NCBI RefSeq assembly: GCF_001457615.1
Contig: NZ_LN831024.1
Location: 1,650,001 to 1,682,000, forward strand
Length of the DNA stretch: 32,000 nucleotides
Direction: 5' to 3'
DNA from: Pseudomonas aeruginosa
GTDB taxonomy: Bacteria > Pseudomonadota > Gammaproteobacteria > Pseudomonadales > Pseudomonadaceae
Below, piece after piece: positions 9,381-16,284 of this stretch (position 1 is the stretch's first letter; every line of letters starts with the position of its first letter). Below the pieces are notes generated by a model that saw only the letters and a list, made by a program, of their open reading frames with translations, ran no database searches and was not told the DNA's origin. The position numbers and the translations under genes are program-made.

Positions 9381-9625
9381 GGCTTTCCTCCTGGTGCGCC
9401 TGGATCGCTGCGGACGGGCCGTTCGGAGCACGCCGGGGCCGGTTTCGAGCGGGCGGACCCCAAGGTTGTAACCGTCCGCCGAAGCTTCGTCCAGTACCCG
9501 GCACGGCGAGCGCCGCGGCCTGGTCGTCGGCCTTGCGGGCGTTTCGCCGACGCCTGCCTATACTGAAGGTGCCGGGCGGCAACGGCCCGGCCCGGACAAC
9601 AAGCAGCAAGCAGGGGAGCCCCAGC

Positions 9626-10651
9626 ATGTTCGACATGATGGACGCGGCCCGGCTCGAGGGTCTCCACCTCGCCCAAGACCCGGCCACGGGACTCAAGGCC
9701 ATTATCGCCATCCACAGCACGCGACTCGGCCCGGCACTGGGTGGTTGTCGCTACCTGCCTTACCCCAACGACGAAGCCGCCATCGGCGACGCCATCCGCC
9801 TGGCCCAGGGCATGAGCTACAAGGCGGCCCTGGCCGGGCTGGAGCAGGGCGGCGGCAAGGCGGTGATCATCCGCCCGCCGCACCTGGACAATCGCGGCGC
9901 GCTGTTCGAGGCCTTCGGGCGCTTCATCGAAAGCCTCGGCGGACGCTACATCACTGCGGTGGACAGCGGTACCTCCAGCGCCGACATGGACTGCATCGCC
10001 CAGCAGACCCGCCACGTCACCAGCACCACCCAGGCCGGCGACCCCTCGCCGCATACCGCCCTCGGCGTGTTCGCCGGGATTCGCGCCAGCGCCCAGGCGC
10101 GCCTCGGCAGCGACGACCTGGAAGGCCTGCGGGTCGCGGTGCAGGGGCTCGGCCACGTCGGCTACGCATTGGCCGAGCAACTGGCGGCGGTCGGCGCCGA
10201 GCTGCTGGTCTGCGACCTCGATCCCGGCCGGGTGCAACTGGCCGTCGAGCAGCTCGGCGCCCATCCGCTGGCGCCGGAGGCATTGCTTTCCACCCCATGC
10301 GACATCCTCGCGCCCTGCGGGCTGGGCGGCGTGCTCACCAGCCAGAGCGTCAGCCAGTTGCGCTGCGCGGCGGTGGCCGGGGCGGCGAACAACCAGTTGG
10401 AGCGGCCGGAGGTCGCCGACGAGCTGGAGGCGCGCGGCATCCTCTATGCGCCGGACTACGTGATCAACTCCGGCGGCCTGATCTACGTCGCCCTCAAGCA
10501 CCGCGGCGCCGATCCGCACAGCATCACCGCGCACCTGGCGCGGATTCCCGCGCGGCTCACCGAGATCTATGCCCATGCCCAGGCCGACCACCAGTCGCCG
10601 GCGCGGATCGCCGACCGTCTGGCGGAACGGATTCTCTACGGCCCGCAGTGA
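9626..10651 (+). CDS. ldh: Leucine dehydrogenase (Glu/Leu/Phe/Val dehydrogenase family)
   Basis: Track ORF 9533..10651. ATG 9626 follows a GGGGAG RBS. MFDMMDAARLEGLHLAQDPATGLKAIIAIHSTRLGPALGGCRY...MSYKAALAGLEQGGGKAVI contains the catalytic Lys region. The NAD-binding motif is VAVQGLGHVGYALAEQL. The position matches my memory of PAO1 ldh. Confidence 0.85.
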   Translation: MFDMMDAARLEGLHLAQDPATGLKAIIAIHSTRLGPALGGCRYLPYPNDEAAIGDAIRLAQGMSYKAALAGLEQGGGKAVIIRPPHLDNRGALFEAFGRFIESLGGRYITAVDSGTSSADMDCIAQQTRHVTSTTQAGDPSPHTALGVFAGIRASAQARLGSDDLEGLRVAVQGLGHVGYALAEQLAAVGAELLVCDLDPGRVQLAVEQLGAHPLAPEALLSTPCDILAPCGLGGVLTSQSVSQLRCAAVAGAANNQLERPEVADELEARGILYAPDYVINSGGLIYVALKHRGADPHSITAHLARIPARLTEIYAHAQADHQSPARIADRLAERILYGPQ

Positions 10652-10791
10652 CGGGCCGGCGTTTCCGGCGAGGCCGCCAGCGGGCCTCGCCAGCGGCAGT
10701 GCGGGCCACCCCGCGGTGCCGCGCGTGCACGCCGCCACCCGCGGCGCGACCCTGAGCGGCACGCCTACCCGGCGTGCGGAGGAGGTTTGCG

Positions 10792-11888
10792 ATGGTTCAC
10801 AACCGGATCGACCCGCCTTTCACCCGCTACCTCGACAGCGACGGTCGGCCCCTCGGCGAGTTGCCCGCCTGGGCCGGCGACAGCGATGCGCTGGTCGGCC
10901 TCTACCGGCAGATGCTCCTGACCCGCCTGTTCGACCAGAAGGCGGTGGCCCTCCAGCGTACCGGGCGGATCGGCACCTATGCGCCAACCCTCGGCCAGGA
11001 AGCCATCGGCGTGGCCATCGGCAGCCAGATGCGCGCCGAGGACGTGCTGGTGCCGTATTACCGCGATACCGCCGTGCAATTGATGCGCGGCGTGCGCATG
11101 GAGGACATCCTCCTCTACTGGGGCGGCGACGAGCGCGGCAGCGACTACGCCGAACCGCTGGCGGCGCAGGACTTTCCCATCTGCGTGCCGATCGCCACCC
11201 AGGCCCTGCATGCCTGCGGGGTCGCCTCGGCGTTCCGCATCCGCGGCGAGCACCGGGTGGCGGTGACCACCTGCGGCGACGGCGCCACCAGCAAGGGCGA
11301 TTTCCTCGAGGCGCTGAACGTGGCGGGCGCCTGGCAGTTGCCGGTGCTCTTCGTGGTCAACAACAACCAGTGGGCGATCTCGGTGCCGCGGCGCATCCAG
11401 TGCGGCGCGCCGACCCTGGCGGAGAAGGCGGTGGGTGCCGGCTTCCCGGCGAACAGGTGGACGGCAACGACGTGCTGGCGGTCGCCGAACGCGTCCGCGC
11501 GGCCCTGGAGCGCGCGCGCCAGGGCAAGGGGCCGACCCTGCTGGAGTGCATCAGCTATCGCCTCTGCGACCACACCACGGCCGACGACGCCAGCCGCTAC
11601 CGTTCCGCCGAGGAGGTCAACCAGGCCTGGCGCGAGGAGCCGATCAAGCGCCTGCGCGCCTTCCTCGCCGGCCGCGGCCAGTGGGACGAGGAGCGCGAGC
11701 AGGCGCTGGTGGGCGAGTGCCAGGCGCGGGTGCAGGAGGCGGTGGAGCGTTTCGAGACGTTCGCCGCGCAGGCGCCGCAGGCACTGTTCGAGCATGTCTA
11801 CGCGCGCTGGCCGGCGGTCCTGGAGGAGCAGCGCGAGCAATTGCTGGAGCGCGCCGCGCGGCGGCAGGGAGGGGCCGAACATGAATGA
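10792..11888 (+). pseudogene. 2-oxoacid (branched-chain/pyruvate-type) dehydrogenase E1 alpha subunit, disrupted by an apparent 1-nt deletion at about 11448
   Basis: ATG 10792 is preceded by GGAGGAGG (10778-10785). The first frame reads E1alpha sequence, including the TPP motif GDGATSKGDFLEALNVAGAWQLPVLFVVNNN, up to ...TLAEKAVGAGFP (codon ends at 11448). The conserved continuation GEQVDGNDVLAVAERVRAALERARQGKGPTLLECISYRLCDHTTADDASRYR...GGAEHE* lies in another frame (tail of track ORF 10569..11888). The two frames share G11448. Observed CCCGGCG versus expected CCCGGGCG. Confidence 0.8.
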
Positions 11889-12882
11889 GCGCAACGGCGA
11901 AGCGAAACGCCTGGCCCTTCTGGAGGCGGTCAACCTGGCGTTGCACCGGGCCATGGCCGAGGACGAGACGGTGGTGGTGCTGGGCGAAGACGTCGGGGTC
12001 AACGGCGGGGTGTTTCGCGCCACCCTCGGCCTGCGCGAGCGCTTCGGCTTCAAGCGGGTGCTGGATACGCCGCTGGCGGAGAACATGATCGCCGGACTGT
12101 CCATCGGCATGGCCGCCCAGGGCCTGAAGCCGGTGATGGAGATCCAGTTCATGGGCTTCATCTACGCCGCCATGGAGCAACTGGTGTCCCATGCCAGCCG
12201 CCTGCGCAATCGCACCCGCGGCCGCCTGGCCTGCCCGTTGGTGCTGCGCACGCCGATGGGCGCGGGGATCCGCGCGCCGGAGCACCACAGCGAGGCGACC
12301 GAGGCGATGTTCGCGCACATCCCCGGCGTCCGCGTGCTGGTGCCGTCGTCGCCGGCGCGGGCCTACGGCCTGCTCCTGGCGGCGATCGACGATCCCGATC
12401 CGGTGATCTTCCTCGAGCCGACCCGGCTCTACCGGATGAACCCGCAGCCGCTGGCGGACGACGCCCGGCGCCTGCCGCTGGACAGTTGCTTCACCCTTCG
12501 CGAAGGCGGCGACCTGACCCTGGTCAGCTGGGGCGCCAGCGTCCACGAGACCCAGCAGGCCGCCGAGCGCCTGGCGCAGCGCGGCATCGAGGCCGAAGTG
12601 ATCGACGTCGCCTGCCTCAAGCCGCTCGACCTCGACACCCTCGAAGCCTCGGTGCGCAAGACCGGTCGCTGCGTGATCGTCCATGAGGCGCCGAAGAGTG
12701 GCGGCCTCGGCGGGGAAATCGCCGCGAGCCTCTACGAGCGTGTCCTGTTCGACCTGCGGGCGCCGATCCAGCGGGTCGCCGCGGCCGATATCCCGCCGCC
12801 GCTGTACCGCCTGGAAGCGCTGTACATGCCCGCCGTGGAGGACATCCTGGCGGCCTGCGACACCGTGCTCGGCTACGCCTGA
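11881..12882 (+). CDS. 2-oxoacid dehydrogenase E1 beta subunit
   Basis: ATG 11881 overlaps the E1alpha stop (11886-11888) by 8 nt. The 333-aa product MNERNGEAKRLALLEAVNLALHRAMAEDETVVVLGEDVGVNGGVFRAT...LDTPLAENMIAGLSIGMAAQGLKPVMEIQF is a canonical transketolase-like E1beta. It forms the C-terminal part of the 702-aa track ORF 10774..12882. Confidence 0.9.
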   Translation: MNERNGEAKRLALLEAVNLALHRAMAEDETVVVLGEDVGVNGGVFRATLGLRERFGFKRVLDTPLAENMIAGLSIGMAAQGLKPVMEIQFMGFIYAAMEQLVSHASRLRNRTRGRLACPLVLRTPMGAGIRAPEHHSEATEAMFAHIPGVRVLVPSSPARAYGLLLAAIDDPDPVIFLEPTRLYRMNPQPLADDARRLPLDSCFTLREGGDLTLVSWGASVHETQQAAERLAQRGIEAEVIDVACLKPLDLDTLEASVRKTGRCVIVHEAPKSGGLGGEIAASLYERVLFDLRAPIQRVAAADIPPPLYRLEALYMPAVEDILAACDTVLGYA

Positions 12883-12899
12883 GCCAAGGGGAGACGACC

Positions 12900-14012
12900 A
12901 TGAAGCACTTCAAGCTGCCCGACCTGGGCGAGGGCCTGCAGGAAGCGGAAATCGTCGAATGGCACGTCAAGGCCGGCGACAGCGTGCGCGCCGACCAGCG
13001 CCTGGTCTCGGTGGAAACCGCCAAGGCGCTGGTGGACATCCCTGCGCCCTACGATGGGGTGGTGGGCAAGCTGTTCGGCGCCGAGGGCGACATCCTCCAC
13101 GTCGGCGAACCGCTGGTGGGCTTCGAGGGCGAGGAGGCGGACGCCGGTACCGTGGTGGGGCGCCTGGAGGGCGGCGGTAGCGCCCTGGAGGACCGTTTCT
13201 TCATCGGCGCCGCACCGTCCACCCGCGAACACCTGGCACCGCGCGCGACCCCGGCGGTGCGCCAGTTCGCCCGCCAGCAGGGCGTCGAACTGGCCGGCCT
13301 GAGCGGCTCCGGCCCGGATGGCCTGATCACCCGCGCCGACGTCGAGGCCGCCGCCCAGGGCGCCCGCGAACGCTTCGGCGGCGAGCGCTTGCGCGGGGTA
13401 CGGCGGAGCATGGCGCTGAACATGGCGCGCTCGCATGCCGAGGTGGTGCCGGTGACGATCTACGGCGACGCCGACCTGCATCGCTGGAAGACCGCACGCG
13501 ACCCGTTGATCCGCCTGGCCCAGGCGCTGGCCGAGGCCTGTCGCGCCGAGCCGACCCTCAACGCCTGGTTCGATGGCGCCTCGTTGTCGCTGAAACTGCA
13601 TGAGCGGCTCGACCTGGGAATCGCCGTGGACACCCCGGACGGCCTGTTCGTGCCGGTGCTGCGCGACGTCGGTGCGCGTTCGGCGGAGGACCTGCGCGCC
13701 GGTATGCGGCGCCTGCGCGAAGACGTCCAGGCACGCTCGATCCCGCCGGCGGAAATGCTCGGCGCGACCCTGACCCTATCCAACTTCGGCACCCTGTTCG
13801 GCCGCTACGCCAACCCCGTGGTGGTGCCGCCGCAGGTGGCCATCCTCGGCGCCGGCGGCATCCGCGACGAAGTAGTGGCCTGGCGCGGCGAGATGGCGAT
13901 CCACCCGATCCTGCCGCTCTCGCTGAGCTTCGATCACCGCGCGGCCACCGGTGGCGAGGCGGCGCGTTTCCTCAAGGTACTGGTGAACGCCCTGGAGCAG
14001 CCCGACGGCTGA
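12900..14012 (+). CDS. Dihydrolipoamide acyltransferase (E2) with one lipoyl domain, PSBD and catalytic domain
   Basis: 370-aa ORF. The lipoyl domain is LPDLGEGLQEAEIVEWHVKAGDSV...VSVETAKALVDIPAPYDGVV. The subunit-binding domain is ATPAVRQFARQQGVELAGLSGSGPDGLITRADV. The catalytic domain contains TLSNFG and SFDHRAATGGEAARFL. Confidence 0.9.
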   Translation: MKHFKLPDLGEGLQEAEIVEWHVKAGDSVRADQRLVSVETAKALVDIPAPYDGVVGKLFGAEGDILHVGEPLVGFEGEEADAGTVVGRLEGGGSALEDRFFIGAAPSTREHLAPRATPAVRQFARQQGVELAGLSGSGPDGLITRADVEAAAQGARERFGGERLRGVRRSMALNMARSHAEVVPVTIYGDADLHRWKTARDPLIRLAQALAEACRAEPTLNAWFDGASLSLKLHERLDLGIAVDTPDGLFVPVLRDVGARSAEDLRAGMRRLREDVQARSIPPAEMLGATLTLSNFGTLFGRYANPVVVPPQVAILGAGGIRDEVVAWRGEMAIHPILPLSLSFDHRAATGGEAARFLKVLVNALEQPDG

Positions 14013-14411
14013 TCAGCGCCGGCGCTCCAGCCACCATGCCAGCAGCGCGCCGAGGGCATAGGCGAGCAGGTCGAAGCCGTCGGCGGTGCTGCCGAGAACG
14101 ATGCGCAGCACGGGGCTGGAGAATTGCCAATGCAGTTGCGCCGCCAGGTACTGGCCCAGTTCCAGCAGCGCGCCGACGGCAAAGGCGGCGGATGCCAGCC
14201 AGGCGGCCGGCGCCCTGAGCGCGCTGCCCATCAGGTAGTAGAGCCAGACCACCGCCAGCAGGTCGCCGCCGAAGCTGCGTATCCAGCCCCAATGCCGGCC
14301 CAGGGTGGCGAGCAGGACCAGCACGCCGAACAGCAGCAGTGCCAGCAGCAGGCTGCGCCGGTCCAGGCGCCAGCGTCGGGAGCGGACGGGGGAGGCGGGG
14401 AGAGCGGGCAT
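14013..14411 (-). CDS. DUF2809-family small integral membrane protein
   Basis: Track ORF 14013..14471 (-). ATG 14411 is preceded by AGGAAGG. Four hydrophobic segments are present. IRSFGGDLLAVVWLYY, ALLELGQYL and LRIVLGSTADGFDLLAYALGALL match the DUF2809 pattern as I remember it. Its stop codon directly abuts the E2 stop on the opposite strand. Confidence 0.65.
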   Translation of the reverse strand: MPALPASPVRSRRWRLDRRSLLLALLLFGVLVLLATLGRHWGWIRSFGGDLLAVVWLYYLMGSALRAPAAWLASAAFAVGALLELGQYLAAQLHWQFSSPVLRIVLGSTADGFDLLAYALGALLAWWLERRR

Positions 14412-14504
14412 GGGACCTTCCTGGTCGATGGGGGTGCCGGGCGTTGTACGGCAAGCGCCGGTTTCCGGCAAGCCGGGCGCGGGTCGGACAAGCGCCGCGC
14501 GGAC

Positions 14505-15089
14505 TCAGCGGCGTCGCAGGCTGGCGAGCAGTTGTTCGACGAAGGCGTCGCTGCCGGAGCTGTCGAGGTAGTGCACTTGGGGACCGTCGAGCAGGTAGAG
14601 CGCGTGGTAGGGCTTGCCGGCCTGGCTGCCGCGCAGGCGATAGACCTCGGTGCCGGCTACGCGGTAGCGGCTGGCGCTGGCGCGCCGGTCGCACAGGCCG
14701 AGGGCCTGGCGCTGCGCCTGGAGACGCTCGCGCTCGGCGTCGGGCAGGCCGTCCAGCGGCAGGGCTCCGAACAGCAGGCGAACCTGTCGCGGGAGGTCGA
14801 GCCGTTCGCCCTCGTCCGCGCCCATCTCGTTGCCTTCGAGCAGGCGGTGGGCGAGGTAGTGACCCTCGGCGTAGCGGGCGATCAGCAGGTCGCCGCTGTG
14901 CAGCAGGGTGGCGGGGGCCCGTTGCAGGTCGAGTTGCAGCCTGCCGGCGCCGCCCAGGGCCAGGACCTGCGCGGCGCCGGCAGAGGCTGCCGGTGTCTCG
15001 GCGTCCGTGGCCCGGAACGGGCAGGCGAGGGCAGGGGCACCGGCGAGGCCGAGGAGGACGCACAGCAGGCCGGCAAGTTGTCGCGGCAT
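14505..15089 (-). CDS. Exported hypothetical protein (signal peptide), second gene of the yebG transcription unit
   Basis: Track ORF 14505..15128 (-). ATG 15089 is preceded by AAGGAG. Signal peptide MPRQLAGLLCVLLGLAGAPALA|CPF. I recognise no family. Third-codon-position GC bias is consistent with real coding sequence. Confidence 0.6.
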   Translation of the reverse strand: MPRQLAGLLCVLLGLAGAPALACPFRATDAETPAASAGAAQVLALGGAGRLQLDLQRAPATLLHSGDLLIARYAEGHYLAHRLLEGNEMGADEGERLDLPRQVRLLFGALPLDGLPDAERERLQAQRQALGLCDRRASASRYRVAGTEVYRLRGSQAGKPYHALYLLDGPQVHYLDSSGSDAFVEQLLASLRRR

Positions 15090-15124
15090 GTTTCGGCTCC
15101 TTGCGCTTTGCTTGCAGCGGCGGC

Positions 15125-15391
15125 TCATTCGTCCGCGGCGTTTTCCTCGAACAGTTCGTTGAGGGCGTCCGGCTGGTTCTTGAAGGCGCGGGCGAAGGCG
15201 TCGCGGTTCTTCGCCATGAAGATGCCGAGTTCTTCCACCTGTTCCTCCTTCAGCGACGGCACCGCCTTCTGCAGCACCTCGGCCAGCGTTTCCGCCAGCT
15301 CCAGCATCTTGTCGTAACGATCGGCTTCAGCCTTGTCCATGAACAAACGCTCCTGATCCCGGCTGCTGCGGTACACCACTTCGACGGCCAT
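15125..15391 (-). CDS. yebG: DNA-damage-inducible protein YebG
   Basis: 88-aa ORF MAVEVVYRSSRDQERLFMDKAEADRYDKMLELAETLAEVL.... The N-terminus and the KxEADxYDKML core resemble E. coli YebG (MAVEVKY...KKEADAYDKML). There is a GAGGTG RBS, and a LexA box lies about 40 nt upstream. Confidence 0.85.
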   Translation of the reverse strand: MAVEVVYRSSRDQERLFMDKAEADRYDKMLELAETLAEVLQKAVPSLKEEQVEELGIFMAKNRDAFARAFKNQPDALNELFEENAADE

Positions 15392-15431
15392 TCATCACCT
15401 CTGTGCCTTCTGAGTCGCAAGGTTGCTTTGA

Positions 15432-15447
15432 CTGGTTATCCATACAG
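15432..15447 (-). promoter_or_regulatory. LexA (SOS) box upstream of yebG, abutting a TATACT -10 candidate
   Basis: The plus strand reads CTGGTTATCCATACAG, which is CTGTATGGATAACCAG on the gene strand. This is CTG-N10-CAG with a good CTGTAT half-site (gamma-proteobacterial consensus CTGTATATATATACAG). On the gene strand TATACT (complement of 15446-15451) sits immediately 5' of the box and overlaps it by 2 nt. Confidence 0.7.
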
Positions 15448-15514
15448 TATATGGCGTCTTGCCGTCCGTGGATAGCGCCAGGATTGCCGGCGCATTGCCA
15501 GGGCGGTCGTCGTC

Positions 15515-15528
15515 TGACAGAAATGTCA
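15515..15528 (+). promoter_or_regulatory. TGACA-N4-TGTCA palindrome (CusR/CopR-type response-regulator box core) upstream of the DUF2790 gene
   Basis: TGACAGAAATGTCA lies 73-86 nt upstream of ATG 15601. It is flanked by a direct repeat CTGACAG (15514-15520 and 15545-15551, 31 nt apart) and by a perfect 12-bp palindrome GGCTCATGAGCC (15534-15545). Confidence 0.35.
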
Positions 15529-15600
15529 CGCCGGGCTCATGAGCCTGACAGTCTCCGCAGCGTAGTTTCAGGCTGAACGTTCTACCAAGGAGACATCCTC

Positions 15601-15870
15601 ATGAGAGTGATCCCGTTGGCACTTGTCGCGCTGCTCGGCCTGGCGCCGCTGGCCCAGGCGCAGCAGCAGCCCTACGGACCCAACCCGGACTCGAAATCGC
15701 TCCGCCAGCACTACGTGGAAGGGCGCCTGGACATCGCCCGGGTGATCTACAAGACCGACCTGTGGAGCGCCTGTGGGATCGTCCCGGCGCGCCTGGTCTA
15801 CGAGGACTCGCAGGGCGAGCGGCATACCGTCGAGTACAAGGCCTGGGGCAGCGGCTGCAGCGGCAATTGA
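15601..15870 (+). CDS. DUF2790-family small periplasmic protein
   Basis: 89-aa ORF with an AAGGAG RBS and signal peptide MRVIPLALVALLGLAPLAQA|Q. The mature part (LDIARVIYKTDLWSACGIVPARLVYEDSQGERHTVEYKAWGSGC) fits the DUF2790 pattern, including two Cys. Confidence 0.8.
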   Translation: MRVIPLALVALLGLAPLAQAQQQPYGPNPDSKSLRQHYVEGRLDIARVIYKTDLWSACGIVPARLVYEDSQGERHTVEYKAWGSGCSGN

Positions 15871-15875
15871 GCGAA

Positions 15876-15905
15876 CCCGGCGCGGCACGGGCCGCGCCGG
15901 GTTTT
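15876..15905 (+). terminator. Rho-independent terminator after the DUF2790 gene
   Basis: CCCGGCGCGGC (15876-15886), loop ACGG, GCCGCGCCGGG (15891-15901), then TTTT (15902-15905). This is a perfect 11-bp GC stem plus a T tract, starting 6 nt after the stop codon. Confidence 0.75.
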
Positions 15906-15989
15906 CCTCGGCTCCCGCGCTTCTGCTAAGGTTGCGCGCCTGCCGCCCGTTGCGCGGCGCATACCTTCCGCCCCGCAAGGATGCCCGGC

Positions 15990-16208
15990 ATGCAAGACTT
16001 CGGTTTCGCCCTTCTGCTCATCGGCTACGTCTGGTCCGTGGCCAGCGGCGGTCGCCGTTCGATCCCCTGCGCATTGCTCTGCCTGCTGCTGTTTCCGCTG
16101 GCGCAACTGGCCTTCGCCATCAACGACGCGCCGATGCGCCCGCCGCTGGCGCTGGCGGCCCTTGGCGCGGGCCTGGCCTACCTCGGCGGCGGCTCGGTGT
16201 TCGGCTGA
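15990..16208 (+). CDS. Small hydrophobic (about 2-TM) hypothetical protein
   Basis: Track ORF 15981..16208. The second ATG at 15990 has AAGGA 8 nt upstream. The product is MQDFGFALLLIGYVWSVASGG...LLCLLLFPLAQLAFAI...ALAALGAGLAYLGGGSVFG. Third-position G/C bias supports coding, but I recognise no family. Confidence 0.4.
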   Translation: MQDFGFALLLIGYVWSVASGGRRSIPCALLCLLLFPLAQLAFAINDAPMRPPLALAALGAGLAYLGGGSVFG

Positions 16209-16228
16209 GCCCGGCATCTCACAAGAAT

Positions 16229-16247
16229 ACGATTGAAAATCATTATC
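16229..16247 (+). promoter_or_regulatory. Fur box in the hasI promoter
   Basis: ACGATTGAAAATCATTATC matches the consensus GATAATGATAATCATTATC at 14/19. The core TGAAAATCATTATC matches at 13/14. It sits in the only AT-rich patch upstream of hasI, about 38 nt before the GTG start. Confidence 0.75.
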
Positions 16248-16284
16248 ATAAAAAATATGCTGCTGTCCTTCTGAAAGGACGTGG

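Noticed and set aside
9559-9564. TATACT -10 hexamer as the ldh promoter.
   Set aside because: It is a good -10-like hexamer, but there is no acceptable -35 at 16-18 nt; the nearest TTGCGG is 20 nt away. A single hexamer is not sufficient evidence.
10774-12882. Reading the 702-aa ORF as a natural E1alpha-E1beta fusion protein.
   Set aside because: The ~145-aa 'linker' is out-of-frame translation of the conserved E1alpha C-terminal half, which is intact in the adjacent frame. E1beta keeps its own ATG (11881) overlapping the normal E1alpha stop. This is a frameshift artefact or pseudogene, not a designed fusion.
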